Of a DNA stretch of 64,000 bases, positions 27,101-42,100 are shown piece after piece; within the stretch, counting starts at the first letter, position 1, and every line of letters begins with the position of its first letter. Source of the stretch: Eimeria praecox (taxonomy: Eukaryota); NCBI GenBank assembly GCA_963920595.1, contig OY986947.1:6448001-6512000 (forward strand). Direction: 5' to 3'. The position numbers were made by a program, and so were the translations under genes. Under the pieces are notes generated by a model that had not been told where the DNA came from, did not search any database, and saw only the letters and a list, made by a program, of their open reading frames with translations.

Positions 27101-30100
27101 GGGGAGGGATGCGGAGCACTCGAGAAGCAGTGTTCGTTTGTTCACTCGAGCTCGTGTTGAATCATGATGGGCATGCAGGGTAGCTCGCCACCATGTCAAT
27201 GCGTCAGAAAGTAGGCGTCGTGGCCAGCTTGCGCCCATATGCACTGCTGTATAAGTCAGCAGATATGGTCGAAACTTGTTTCGTGTTTTCGGGAATGAGT
27301 ATGAATGCGTTATAAGGTGGAAAAGGAGGTGAAGCGTCAGGAGCAAGATATCGATACCGTAGGGCCCGAGTGGTAGTTTCATTGTTGAGGGTTCCGGTTT
27401 GCACCTGTGTGGGTTTTGTGGCAGGTGGATTGTGTGGAGGGGTAGCTGCTGCAGAGAGCATATATGGATGTTCCATGCCGCCGCGGAACAGAAAGTATGG
27501 AGAGGGTTGTGGGCATGCGATGGAACGGAGGGGTGTGTGTGATTGGGTGGCAAGAATCAGTATTTTGTTTATGCAGGGGGTGGTCAAATGAAGTGACTTA
27601 ATTGTGGATGAGAGGGCGGGGGGGGTGGGGGGGAGGATTGGGACGTTGGTGGTGCATTTGGCAGCATTGGTTTGTTTCTTTAGTGTGGGGTATGGAGGTG
27701 TGACCAATGCGTGGGAGAAGGGGAGCATGGTGGTTCAATGCACCAGGAAGTATGTTTGGTTTTTCGTCTGCGTGGTTATTGGTAGGTGGGGTGGTCAGGT
27801 ATTTGAGTAGCGGGGCTTGAAGGAGGCGTGTTGCGGAGCACAATGTGTGTGTCTAATCAAGGGCTGCACCTGGTACCACCGAAAAAATGTTAGCTGGTGT
27901 TTTGTCGCTGAATTGTGATATATGATTGAGGCCCAGGAGAGGGTTTATTTGTGTGGCTTATGGAGGGGAGAGCTCGTACACTGTAGTCGTGAATGCGTTT
28001 AACATACCAGGAGGTACGGCCGACCTGCATTTGGCAAAAGAAGGAGTCGGGCGTTGACCCGGTGTAGACATTAGTGCATTTTACAGTTGGTCTGCAGGAT
28101 TGCTGAAGTGTGGTTTGTGTGTGAGTGCAGTGAGCGTCAGGGATGATGCGTGTGAGATGGAGGGTACATGTCGTGCAATGTAGTCGTGAATGGGCTTCAC
28201 TTATCAGGAAGTGCGTAGCAGGTGGCGTGGTGAATGGTTGGAGGGCCTTGGTGGGCGTTATAGGGTAGTGGTGTTTCCAGTTAGGTTGCAAGGGCGGTGA
28301 AGGGTGGTTTGAATGGCAAAGGCGCCAGAGTGGCAATATTTTGAGGATGCGTTTTGGGGTGGGATCTGCATAGCGTCGGGATTGGATTCCAGGACATTTG
28401 ATGAGTGGTTGTGCTGCATGGGGTAGCGTTGGTGGGTCTGCGGCGGCGCTTTAGCGTAGGTGACCTGAGTAGGAAGCGCCTGACAGTAGCCTCCAGCGTG
28501 TTTGCGTGTGTGTGTGCGGAGTATTCACTATTCACCAGGAGGTACGGTTTATATTGGGGTATAGCCCAAGCACGTGTTTATAAGGGATAGTGGGCAGTTT
28601 GGGTTTTTGGGTGCGCATGGAGTGGGCTGTGGCGCCACCCTAGGGCTGTCCGCTTCGCAAGATGAGATTCCATTGTGTTGGGGATAAGCGTGCAGTTGGA
28701 GTGCGATGCAGGTTGCATTGTTGCAGCCCGAGAGGGAGGCGTGAGTTGCAATTGAACAGGCTTGTGTGCATCAGAAAGTGCGTTTGTCCCTTAGATTGGG
28801 GAGGATGCGTGGTGTGCTTATCGGCATTTGGGATGCTGGGCGTTTCGCAGGGATTAGTTTGTCAGGGACTTTGTTGGGGTTGAGCGCTGTGAACAAGTTA
28901 AGCGACGGCGAGGGCTTGGTTGCTGGTTAGCTTCGTGGGCATTTGTGTGAGCCATTGGATTGGGGTGGTTTGTTGCCTATGGACCTGTTTCAGAGAGTAA
29001 GGATTCTTGGGTGGGTGGAGTGTGGCAGGTGGACGAGAATGTTCCTTGCGTTGTGTGCAAGGCGGGTCTGGATCTATGGTAGGGTAAGCATGGCCTGTTG
29101 AGGATGTTGACGGACGGCGTCTAGGAGGTGTAGGGCGCATGCGTTTCTATACATCTGGCATGCAGCACACTTTTGGCTGGTTCCGGATGTAATGTTATGC
29201 ATTAGGGGAGGGATGCGGAGCACTCGAGAAGCAGTGTTCGTTTGTTCACTCGCGCTCGTGTTGAATCATGATGGGCATGCAGGGTAGCTCGCCACCATGT
29301 CAATGCGTCAGAAAGTAGGCGTCGTGGCCAGCTTGCGCCCATATGCACTGCTGTATAAGTCAGCAGATATGGTCGAAACTTGTTTCGTGTTTTCGGGAAT
29401 GAGTATGAATGCGTTATAAGGTGGAAAAGGAGGTGAAGCGTCAGGAGCAAGATATCGATACCGTAGGGCCCGAGTGGTAGTTTCATTGTTGAGGGTTCCG
29501 GTTTGCACCTGTGTGGGTTTTGTGGCAGGTGGATTGTGTGGAGGGGTAGCTGCTGCAGAGAGCATATATGGATGTTCCATGCCGCCGCGGAACAGAAAGT
29601 ATGGAGAGGGTTGTGGGCATGCGATGGAACGGAGGGGTGTGTGTGATTGGGTGGCAAGAATCAGTATTTTGTTTATGCAGGGGGTGGTCAAATGAAGTGA
29701 CTTAATTGTGGATGAGAGGGCGGGGGGGGTGGGGGGGAGGATTGGGACGTTGGTGGTGCATTTGGCAGCATTGGTTTGTTTCTTTAGTGTGGGGTATGGA
29801 GGTGTGACCAATGCGTGGGAGAAGGGGAGCATGGTGGTTCAATGCACCAGGAAGTATGTTTGGTTTTTCGTCTGCGTGGTTATTGGTAGGTGGGGTGGTC
29901 AGGTATTTGAGTAGCGGGGCTTGAAGGAGGCGTGTTGCGGAGCACAATGTGTGTGTCTAATCAAGGGCTGCACCTGGTACCACCGAAAAAATGTTAGCTG
30001 GTGTTTTGTCGCTGAATTGTGATATATGATTGAGGCCCAGGAGAGGGTTTATTTGTGTGGCTTATGGAGGGGAGAGCTCGTACACTGTAGTCGTGAATGC

Positions 30101-33100
30101 GTTTAACATACCAGGAGGTACGGCCGACCTGCATTTGGCAAAAGAAGGAGTCGGGCGTTGACGCGGTGTAGACATTAGCGCATTTTACAGTTGGTCTGCA
30201 GGATTGCTGAAGTGTGGTTTGTGTGTGAGTGCAGTGAGCGTCAGGGATGATGCGTGTGAGATGGAGGGTACATGTCGTGCAATGTAGTCGTGAATGGGCT
30301 TCACTTATCAGGAAGTGCGTAGCAGGTGGCGTGGTGAATGGTTGGAGGGCCTTGGTGGGCGTTATAGGGTAGTGGTGTTTCCAGTTAGGTTGCAAGGGCG
30401 GTGAAGGGTGGTTTGAATGGCAAAGGCGCCAGAGTGGCAATATTTTGAGGATGCGTTTTGGGGTGGGATCTGCATAGCGTCGGGATTGGATTCCAGGACA
30501 TTTGATGAGTGGTTGTGCTGCATGGGGTAGCGTTGGTGGGTCTGCGGCGGCGCTTTAGCGTAGGTGACCTGAGTAGGAAGCGCCTGACAGTAGCCTCCAG
30601 CGTGTTTGCGTGTGTGTGTGTGGAGTATTCACTATTCACCAGGAGGTACGGTTTATATTGGGGTATAGCCCAAGCACGTGTTTATAAGGGATAGTGGGCA
30701 GTTTGGGTTTTTGGGTGCGCATGGAGTGGGTTGTGGCGTCACCCTAGGGCTGTCCGCTTCGCAAGATGAGATTCCATTGTGTTGGGGATAAGCGTGCAGT
30801 TGGAGTGCGATGCAGGTTGCATTGTTGCAGCCCGAGAGGGAGGCGTGAGTTGCAATTGAACAGGCTTGTGTGCATCAGAAAGTGCGTTTGTCCCTTAGAT
30901 TGGGGAGGATGCGTGGTGTGCTTATCGGCATTTGGGATGCTGGGCGTTTCGCAGGGATTAGTTTGTCAGGGACTTTGTTGGGGTTGAGCGCTGTGAACAA
31001 GTAAAGCGACGGCGAGGGCTTGGTTGCTGGTTAGCTTCGTGGGCATTTGTGTGAGCCATTGGATTGGGGTGGTTTGTTGCCTATGGACCTGTTTCAGAGA
31101 GTAAGGATTCTTGGGTGGGTGGAGTGTGGCAGGTGGACGAGAATGTTCCTTGCGTTGTGTGCAAGGCGGGTCTGGATCTATGGTAGGGTAAGCATGGCCT
31201 GTTGAGGATGTTGACGGACGGCGTCTAGGAGGTGTAGGGCGCATGCGTTTCTATACATCTGGCATGCAGCACACTTTTGGCTGGTTCCGGATGTAATGTT
31301 ATGCATTAGGGGAGGGATGCGGAGCACTCGAGAAGCAGTGTTCGTTTGTTCACTCGCGCTCGTGTTGAATCATGATGGGCATGCAGGGTAGCTCGCCACC
31401 ATGTCAATGCGTCAGAAAGTAGGCGTCGTGGCCAGCTTGCGCCCATATGCACTGCTGTATAAGTCAGCAGATATGGTCGAAACTTGTTTCGTGTTTTCGG
31501 GAATGAGTATGAATGCGTTATAAGGTGGAAAAGGAGGTGAAGCGTCAGGAGCAAGATATCGATACCGTAGGGCCCGAGTGCTAGTTTCATTGTTGAGGGT
31601 TCCGGTTTGCACCTGTGTGGGTTTTGTGGCAGGTGGATTGTGTGGAGGGGTAGCTGCTGCAGAGAGCATATATGGATGTTCCATGCCGCCGCGGAACAGA
31701 AAGTATGGAGAGGGTTGTGGGCATGCGATGGAACGGAGGGGTGTGTGTGATTGGGTGGCAAGAATCAGTATTTTGTTTATGCAGGGGGTGGTCAAATGAA
31801 GTGACTTAATTGTGGATGAGAGGGCGGGGGGGGTGGGGGGGAGGATTGGGACGTTGGTGGTGCATTTGGCAGCATTGGTTTGTTTCTTTAGTGTGGGGTA
31901 TGGAGGTGTGACCAATGCGTGGGAGAAGGGGAGCATGGTGGTTCAATGCACCAGGAAGTATGTTTGGTTTTTCGTCTGCGTGGTTATTGGTAGGTGGGGT
32001 GGTCAGGTATTTGAGTAGCGGGGCTTGAAGGAGGCGTGTTGCGGAGCACAATGTGTGTGTCTAATCAAGGGCTGCACCTGGTACCACCGAAAAAATGTTA
32101 GCTGGTGTTTTGTCGCTGAATTGTGATATATGATTGAGGCCCAGGAGAGGGTTTATTTGTGTGGCTTATGGAGGGGAGAGCTCGTACACTGTAGTCGTGA
32201 ATGCGTTTAACATACCAGGAGGTACGGCCGACCTGCATTTGGCAAAAGAAGGAGTCGGGCGTTGACGCGGTGTAGACATTAGTGCATTTTACAGTTGGTC
32301 TGCAGGATTGCTGAAGTGTGGTTTGTGTGTGAGTGCAGTGAGCGTCAGGGATGATGCGTGTGAGATGGAGGGTACATGTCGTGCAATGTAGTCGTGAATG
32401 GGCTTCACTTATCAGGAAGTGCGTAGGAGGTGGCGTGGCGAATGGTTGGAGGGCCTTGGTGGGCATTATAGGGTAGTGGTCTTTCCATTTAGGTTGCAAG
32501 GGCGGTGAAGGGTGGTTTGAATGGCAAAGGCGCCAGAGTGGCAATATTTTGAGGATGCGTTTTGGGGTGGGATCTGCATAGCGTCGGGATTGGATTCCAG
32601 GACATTTGATGAGTGGTTGTGCTGCATGGGGTAGCGTTGGTGGGTCTGCGGCGGCGCTTTAGCGTAGGTGACCTGAGTAGGAAGCGCCTGACAGTAGCCT
32701 CCAGCGTGTTTGCGTGTGTGTGTGTGGAGTATTCACTATTCACCAGGAGGTACGGTTTATATTGGGGTATAGCCCAAGCACGTGTTTATAAGGGATAGTG
32801 GGCAGTTTGGGTTTTTGGGTGCGCATGGAGTGGGCTGTGGCGCCACCCTAGGGCTGTCCGCTTCGCAAGATGAGATTCCATTGTGTTGGGGATAAGCGTG
32901 CAGTTGGAGTGCGATGCAGGTTGCATTGTTGCAGCCCGAGAGGGAGGCGTGAGTTGCAATTGAACAGGCTTGTGTGCATCAGAAAGTGCGTTTGTCCCTT
33001 GGATTGGGGAGGATGCGTGGTGTGCTTATCGGCATTTGGGATGCTGGGCGTTTCGCAGGGATTAGTTTGTCAGGGACTTTGTTGGGGTTGAGCGCTGTGA

Positions 33101-36100
33101 ACAAGTAAAGCGACGGCGAGGGCTTGGTTGCTGGTTAGCTTCGTGGGCATTTGTGTGAGCCATTGGATTGGGGTGGTTTGTTGCCTATGGACCTGTTTCA
33201 GAGAGTAAGGATTCTTGGGTGGGTGGAGTGTGGCAGGTGGACGAGAATGTTCCTTGCGTTGTGTGCAAGGCGGGTCTGGATCTATGGTAGGGTAAGCATG
33301 GCCTGTTGAGGCTGTTGACGGACGGCGTCTAGGAGGTGTAGGGCGCATGCGTTTCTATACATCTGGCATGCAGCACACTTTTGGCTGGTTCCGGATGTAA
33401 TGTTATGCATTAGGGGAGGGATGCGGAGCACTCGAGAAGCAGTGTTCGTTTGTTCACTCGCGCTCGTGTTGAATCATGATGGGCATGCAGGGTAGCTCGC
33501 CACCATGTCAATGCGTCAGAAAGTAGGCGTCGTGGCCAGCTTGCGCCCATATGCACTGCTGTATAAGTCAGCAGATATGGTCGAAACTTGTTTCGTGTTT
33601 TCGGGAATGAGTATGAATGCGTTATAAGGTGGAAAAGGAGGTGAAGCGTCAGGAGCAAGATATCGATACCGTAGGGCCCGAGTGGTAGTTTCATTGTTGA
33701 GGGTTCCGGTTTGCACCTGTGTGGGTTTTGTGGCAGGTGGATTGTGCGGAGGGGTAGCTGCTGCAGAGAGCATATATGGATGTTCCATGCCGCCGCGGAA
33801 CAGAAAGTATGGAGAGGGTTGTGGGCATGCGATGGAACGGAGGGGTGTGTGTGATTGGGTGGCAAGAATCAGTATTTTGTTTATGCAGGGGGTGGTCAAA
33901 TGAAGTGACTTAATTGTGGATGAGAGGGCGGGGGGGTGGGGGGGAGGATTGGGACGTTGGTGGTGCATTTGGCAGCATTGGTTTGTTTCTTTAGTGTGGG
34001 GTATGGAGGTGTGACCAATGCGTGGGAGAAGGGGAGCATGGTGGTTCAATGCACCAGGAAGTATGTTTGGTTTTTCGTCTGCGTGGTTATTGGTAGGTGG
34101 GGTGGTCAGGTATTTGAGTAGCGGGGCTTGAAGGAGGTGTGTTGCGGAGCACAATGTGTGTGTCTAATCAAGGGCTGCACCTGGTACCACCGAAAAAATG
34201 TTAGCTGGTGTTTTGTCGCTGAATTGTGATATATGATTGAGGCCCAGGAGAGGGTTTATTTGTGTGGCTTATGGAGGGGAGAGCTCGTACACTGTAGTCG
34301 TGAATGCGTTTAACATACCAGGAGGTACGGTCGACTTGCATTTGGCAAAAGAAGGAGTCGGGCGTTGACGCGGTGTAGACATTAGTGCATTTTACAGTTG
34401 GTCTGCAGGATTGCTGAAGTGTGGTTTGTGTGTGAGTGCAGTGAGCGTCAGGGATGATGCGTGTGAGATGGAGGGTACATGTCGTGCAATGTAGTCGTGA
34501 ATGGGCTTCACTTATCAGGAAGTGCGTAGGAGGTGGCGTGGCGAATGGTTGGAGGGCCTTGGTGGGCATTATAGGGTAGTGGTGTTTCCATTTAGGTTGC
34601 AAGGGCGGTGAAGGGTGGTTTGAATGGCAAAGGCGCCAGAGTGGCAATATTTTGAGGATGCGTTTTGGGGTGGGATCTGCATAGCGTCGGGATTGGATTC
34701 CAGGACATTTGATGAGTGGTTGTGCTGCATGGGGTAGCGTTGGTGGGTCTGCGGCGGCGCTTTAGCGTAGGTGACCTGAGTAGGAAGCGCCTGACAGTAG
34801 CCTCCAGCGTGTTTGCGTGTGTGTGTGTGGAGTATTCACTATTCACCAGGAGGTACGGTTTATATTGGGGTATAGCCCAAGCACGTGTTTATAAGGGATA
34901 GTGGGCAGTTTGGGTTTTTGGGTGCGCATGGAGTGGGTTGTGGCGTCACCCTAGGGCTGTCCGCGTCGCAAGATGAGATTCCATTGTGTTGGGGATAAGC
35001 GTGCAGTTGGAGTGCGATGCAGGTTGCATTGTTGCAGCCCGAGAGGGAGGCGTGAGTTGCAATTGAACAGGCTTGTGTGCATCAGAAAGTGCGTTTGTCC
35101 CTTGGATTGGGGAGGATGCGTGGTGTGCTTATCGGCATTTGGGATGTTGGCGTTTCGCAGGGATTAGTTTGTCAGGGACTTTGTTGGGGTTGAGCGCTGT
35201 GAACAAGTTAAGCGACGGCGAGGGCTTGGTTGCTGGTTAACTTCGTGGGCATTTGTGTGAGCCATTGGATTGGGGTGGTTTGTGGCCTATGGACCTGTTT
35301 CAGAAAGTATGGATTCTTGGGTGGGTGGAGTGTGGCAGGTGGACGAGAATGTTCCTTGCGTTGTTTGCAAGGCAGGTCTGGATCTATGGTAGGGTAACCA
35401 TGACCTGTTGAGGATGTTGACGGACGGCGTCTAGGAGGTGTAGGGCGCATGCGTTTCTATACATCTGGCATGCAGCACACTTTTGGCTGGTTCCGGATGT
35501 AATGTTATGCATTAGGGGAGGGATGCGGAGCACTCGAGAAGCAGTGTTCGTTTGTTCACTCTAGCTCGTGTTGAATCATGATGGGCATGCAGGGTAGCTC
35601 GCCACCATGTCAATGCGTCAGAAAGTAGGCGTCGTGGCCAGCTTGCGCCCATATGCACTGCTGTATAAGTCAGCAGATATGGTCCAAACTTGTTTGGTGT
35701 TTTCGGGAATGAGTATGAATGCGTTATAAGGTGGAAAAGGAGGTGAAGCGTCAGGAGCAAGATATCGATACCGTAGGGCTCGAGTGCTAGTTTCATTGTT
35801 GAGGGTTCCGGTTTGCACCTGTGTGGGTTTTGTGGCAGGTGGATTGTGTGGAGGGGTAGCTGCTGCAGAGAGCATATATGGATGTTCCATGCCGCCGCGG
35901 AACAGAAAGTATGCAGAGGGTCGTGGGCTTGCGATGGAACGGAGCGGTGTCTGTGACTGGGTGGCAAGAATCAGTATTTTGTTTATGCAGGGGGTGGTCA
36001 AATGAAGTGACTTAATTGTGGATGAGAGGGAGGGGGGGGTGGGGGGGAGGATTGGGACGTTGGTGGCGCATTTGGCAGCATTGGCTTGTTTCTTTAGTGT

Positions 36101-39100
36101 GGGGTATGGAGGTGTGAGCAAGGCGTGGGAGAAGGGGAGCATGGTGGTTCAATGCACCAGGAAGTATGTTTGGTTTTTCGTCTGCGTGGTTATTGGTAGG
36201 TGGGGTGGTCAGGTATTTGAGTAGCGGGGCTTGAAGGAGGTGTGTTGTGGAGCACAATGTGTGTGTCTAATCAAGGGCTGCACCTGGTACCACCGAAAAA
36301 ATGTTAGCTGGTGTTTTGTCGCTGAATTGTGATATATGATTGAGGCCCAGGAGAGGGTTTATTTGTGTGGCTTATGGAAGGGAGAGCTCGTACACTGTAG
36401 TCGTGAATGCGTTTAACATACCAGGAGGTACGGTCGACTTGCATTTGGCAAAAGAAGGAGTCGGGCGTTGACGCGGTGTAGACATTAGTGCATTTTACAG
36501 TTGGTTTGCAGGATTGCTGAAGTGTGGTTTGTGTGTGAGTGCAGTGAGCGTCAGGGATGATGCGTGTGAGATGGAGGGTACATGTCGTGCAATGTAGTCG
36601 TGAATGGGCTTCACTTATCAGGAAGTGCGTAGGAGGTGGCGTGGTGAATGGTGGGAGGGCCTTGGTGGGCGTTATAGGGTAGTGGTGTTTCCAGTTAGGT
36701 TGCAAGGGCGGTGAAGGGTGGTTTGAATGGCAAAGGCGCCAGAGTGGTAATATTTTGAGGATGCGTTTTGGGGTGGGATCTGCATAGCGTCGGGATTGGA
36801 TTCCAGGACATTTGATGAGTGGTTGTGCTGCATGGGGTAGCGTTGGTGGGTCTGCGGCGGCGCTTTAGCGTAGGTGACCTGAGTAGGAAGCGCCTGACAG
36901 TAGCCTCCAGCGTGTTTGCGTGTGTGTGTGTGGAGTATTCACTATTCACCAGGAGGTACGGTTTATATTGGGGTATAGCCCAAGCACGTGTTTATAAGGG
37001 ATAGTGGGCAGTTTGGGTTTTTGGGTGCGCATGGAGTGGGTTGTGGCGTCACCCTAGGGCTGTCCGCGTCGCAAGATGAGATTCCATTGTGTTGGGGATA
37101 AGCGTGCAGTTGGAGTGCGATGCAGGTTGCATTGTTGCAGCCCGAGAGGGAGGCGTGATTTGCAATTGAACAGGCTTGTGTGCATCAGAAAGTGCGTTTG
37201 TCCCTTGGATTGGGGAGGATGCGTGGTGTGCTTATCGGCATTTGGGATGTTGGGCGTTTCGCAGGGATTAGTTTGTCAGGGACTGTGTTGGGGTTGAGCG
37301 CTGTGAACAAGTTAAGCGACGGCGAGGGCTTGGTTGCTGGTTAGCTTCGTGGGCATTTGTGTGAGCCATTGGATTGGGGTGGTTTGTGGCCTATGGACCT
37401 GTTTCAGAAAGTATGGATTCTTGGGTGGGTGGAGTGTGGCAGGTGGACGAGAATGTTCCTTGCGTTGTTTGCAAGGCAGGTCTGGATCTATGGTAGGGTA
37501 ACCATGACCTGTTGAGGATGTTGACGGACGGCGACTAGGAGGTGTTGGGCGCATGCGTTTCTATACATCTGGCATGCAGCACACGTTTGGCTGGTTCCGG
37601 ATGTAATGTTATGCATTAGGGGAGGGATGCGGAGCACTCGAGAAGCAGTGTTCGTTTGTTCACTCTAGCTCGTGTTGAATCATGATGGGCATGCAGGGTA
37701 GCTCGCCACCATGTCAATGCGTCAGAAAGTAGGCGTCGTGGCCAGCTTGCGCCCATATGCACTGCTGTATAAGTCAGCAGATATGGTCCAAACTTGTTTC
37801 GTGTTTTCGGGAATGAGTATGAATGCGTTATAAGGTGGAAAAGGAGGTGAAGCGTCAGGAGCAAGATATCGATACCGTAGGGCCCGAGTGGTAGTTTCAT
37901 TGTTGAGGGTTCCGGTTTGCACCTGTGTGGGTTTTGTGGCAGGTGGATTGTGTGGAGGGGTAGCTGCTGCAGAGAGCATATATGGATGTTCCATGCCGCC
38001 GCGGAACAGAAAGTATGCAGAGGGTTGTGGGCATGCGATGGAACGGAGCGGTGTGTGTGATTGGGTGGCAAGAATCAGTATTTTGTTTATGCAGGGGGTG
38101 GTCAAATGAAGTGACTTAATTGTGGATGAGAGGGCGGGGGGGGTGGGGGGGAGGATTGGGACGTTGGTGGCGCATTTGGCAGCATTGGCTTGTTTCTTTA
38201 GTGTGGGGTATGGAGGTGTGAGCAAGGCGTGGGAGAAGGGGAGCATGGTGGTTCAATGCACCAGGAAGTATGTTTGGTTTTTCGTCTTCGTAGGAATTGG
38301 TAGGTGGGGTGGTCAGGTATTTGAGTAGCGGGGCTTGAAGGAGGCGTGTTGCGGAGCACAATGTGTGTGTCTAATCAAGGGCTGCACCTGGTACCACCGA
38401 AAAAATGTTAGCTGGTGTTTTGTCGCTGAATTGTGTTATATGATTGAGGCCCAGGATAGGGTTTATTTGTGTGGCTTATGGAGGGGAGAGCTCGTACACT
38501 GTAGTCGTGGATGCGTTTAACATACCAGGAGGTACGGTCGACCTGCATTTGGCAAAAGAAGGAGTCGGGCGTTGACGCGGTGTAGACATTAGTGCATTTT
38601 ACAGTTGGTTTGCAGGATTGCTAAAGTGTGGTTTGTGTGTGAGTGCAGTGAGCGTCAGGGATGATGCGTGTGAGATGGAGGGTACATGTCGTGCAATGTA
38701 GTCGTGAATGGGCTTCACTTATCAGGAAGTGCGTAGGAGGTGGCGTGGCGAATGGTTGGAGGGCCTTGGTGGGCGTTATAGGGTAATGGTGTTTCCAGTT
38801 AGGTTGCAAGGGCGGTGAAGGGTGGTTTGAATGGCAAAGGCGCCAGAGTGGTAATATTTTGAGGATGCGTTTTGGGGTGGGATCTGCATAGCGTCGGGAT
38901 TGGATTCCAGGACATTTGATGAGTGGTTGTGCTGCATGGGGTAGCGTTGGTGGGTCTGCGGCGGCGCTTTAGCGTAGGTGACCTGAGTAGGAAGCGCCTG
39001 ACAGTAGCCTCCAGCGTGTTTGCGTGTGTGTGTGTGGAGTATTCACTATTCACCAGGAGGTACGGTTTATATTGGGGTATAGCCCAAGCACGTGTTTATA

Positions 39101-42100
39101 AGGGATAGTGGGCAGTTTGGGTTTTTGGGTGCGCATGGAGTGGGTTGTGGCGTCACCCTAGGGCTGTCCGCTTCGCAAGATGAGATTCCATTGTGTTGGG
39201 GATAAGCGTGCAGTTGGAGTGCGATGCAGGTTGCATTGTTGCAGCCCGAGAGGGAGGCGTGAGTTGCAATTGAACAGGCTTGTGTGCATCAGAAAGTGCG
39301 TTTGTCCCTTGGATTGGGGAGGATGCGTGGTGTGCTTATCGGCATTTGGGATGTTGGCGTTTCGCAGGGATTAGTTTGTCAGGGACTGTGTTGGGGTTGA
39401 GCGCTGTGAACAAGTTAAGCGATGGCGAGGGCTTGGTTGCTGGTTAGCTTCGTGGGCATTTGTGTGAGCCATTGGATTGGGGTGGTTTGTGGCCTATGGA
39501 CCTGTTTCAGAAAGTATGGATTCTTGGGTGGGTGGAGTGTGGCAGGTGGACGAGAATGTTCCTTGCGTTGTTTGCAAGGCAGGTCTGGATCTATGGTAGG
39601 GTAACCATGACCTGTTGAGGATGTTGACGGACGGCGACTAGGAGGTGTTGGGCGCATGCGTTTCTATACATCTGGCATGCAGCACACGTTTGGCTGGTTC
39701 CGGATGTAATGTTATGCATTAGGGGAGGGATGCGGAGCACTCGAGAAGCAGTGTTCGTTTGTTCACTCTAGCTCGTGTTGAATCATGATGGGCATGCAGG
39801 GTAGCTCGCCACCATGTCAATGCGTCAGAAAGTAGGCGTCGTGGCCAGCTTGCGCCCATATGCACTGCTGTATAAGTCAGCAGATATGGTCCAAACTTGT
39901 TTCGTGTTTTCGGGAATGAGTATGAATGCGTTATAAGGTGGAAAAGGAGGTGAAGCGTCAGGAGCAAGATATCGATACCGTAGGGCCCGAGTGCTAGTTT
40001 CATTGTTGAGGGTTCCGGTTTGCACCTGTGTGGGTTTTGTGGCAGGTGGATTGTGTGGAGGGGTAGCTGCTGCAGAGAGCATATATGGATGTACCATGCC
40101 GCCGCGGAACAGAAAGTATGCAGAGGGTTGTGGGCATGCGATGGAACGGAGCGGTGTGTGTGATTGGGTGGCAAGAATCAGTATTTTGTTTATGCAGGGG
40201 GTGGTCAAATGAAGTGACTTAATTGTGGATGAGAGGGCGGGGGGGGTGGGGGGGAGGATTGGGACGTTGGTGGCGCATTTGGCAGCACTGGCTTGTTTCT
40301 TTAGTGTGGGGTATGGAGGTGTGAGCAAGGCGTGGGAGAAGGGGAGCATGGTGGTTCAATGCACCAGGAAGTATGTTTGGTTTTTCGTCTGCGTGGTTAT
40401 TGGTAGGTGGGGTGGTCAGGTATTTGAGTAGCGGGGCTTGAAGGAGGCGTGTTGCGGAGCACAATGTGTGTGTCTAATCAAGGGCTGCACCTGGTACCAC
40501 CGAAAAAATGTTAGCTGGTGTTTTGTCGCTGAATTGTGATATATGATTGAGGCCCAGGAGAGGGTTTATTTGTGTGGCTTATGGAGGGGAGAGCTCGTAC
40601 ACTGTAGTCGTGGATGCGTTTAACATACCAGGAGGTACGGTCGACCTGCATTTGGCAAAAGAAGGAGTCGGGCGTTGACGCGGTGCAGACATTAGTGCAT
40701 TTTACAGTTGGTTTGCAGGATTGCTGAAGTGTGGTTTGTGTGTGAGTGCAGTGAGCGTCAGGGATGATGCGTGTGAGATGGAGGGTACATGTCGTGCAAT
40801 GTAGTCGTGAATGGGCTTCACTTATCAGGAAGTGCGTAGGAGGTGGCGTGGCGAATGGTTGGAGGGCCTTGGTGGGCGTTATAGGGTAATGGTGTTTCCA
40901 GTTAGGTTGCAAGGGCGGTGAAGGGTGGTTTGAATGGCAAAGGCGCCAGAGTGGTAATATTTTGAGGATGCGTTTTGGGGTGGGATCTGCATAGCGTCGG
41001 GATTGGATTCCAGGACATTTGATGAGTGGTTGTGCTGCATGGGGTAGCGTTGGTGGGTCTGCGGCGGCGCTTTAGCGTAGGTGACCTGAGTAGGAAGCGC
41101 CTGACAGTAGCCTCCAGCGTGTTTGCGTGTGTGTGTGTGGAGTATTCACTATTCACCAGGAGGTACGGTTTATATTGGGGTATAGCCCAAGCACGTGTTT
41201 ATAAGGGATAGTGGGCAGTTTGGGTTTTTGGGTGCGCATGGAGTGGGTTGTGGCGTCACCCTAGGGCTGTCCGCGTCGCAAGATGAGATTCCATTGTGTT
41301 GGGGATAAGCGTGCAGTTGGAGTGCGATGCAGGTTGCATTGTTGCAGCCCGAGAGGGAGGCGTGAGTTGCAATTGAACAGGCTTGTGTGCATCAGAAAGT
41401 GCGTTTGTCCCTTGGATTGGGGAGGATGCGTGGTGTGCTTATCGGCATTTGGGATGTTGGCGTTTCGCAGGGATTAGTTTGTCAGGGACTGTGTTGGGGT
41501 TGAGCGCTGTGAACAAGTTAAGCGATGGCGAGGGCTTGGTTGCTGGTTAGCTTCGTGGGCATTTGTGTGAGCCATTGGATTGGGGTGGTTTGTGGCCTAT
41601 GGACCTGTTTCAGAAAGTATGGATTCTTGGGTGGGTGGAGTGTGGCAGGTGGACGAGAATGTTCCTTGCGTTGTTTGCAAGGCAGGTCTGGATCTATGGT
41701 AGGGTAACCATGACCTGTTGAGGATGTTGACGGACGGCGTCTAGGAGGTGTAGGGCGCATGCGTTTCTATACATCTGGCATGCAGCACACTTTTGGCTGG
41801 TTCCGGATGTAATGTTATGCATTAGGGGAGGGATGCGGAGCACTCGAGAAGCAGTGTTCGTTTGTTCACTCGAGCTCGTGTTGAATCATGATGGGCATGC
41901 AGGGTAGCTCGCCACCATGTCAATGCGTCAGAAAGTAGGCGTCGTGGCCAGCTTGCGCCCATATGCACTGCTGTATAAGTCAGCAGATATGGTCCAAACT
42001 TGTTTCGTGTTTTCGGGAATGAGTATGAATGCGTTATAAGGTGTAAAAGGAGGTGAAGCGTCAGGAGCAAGATATCGATACCGTAGGGCCCGAGTGGTAG

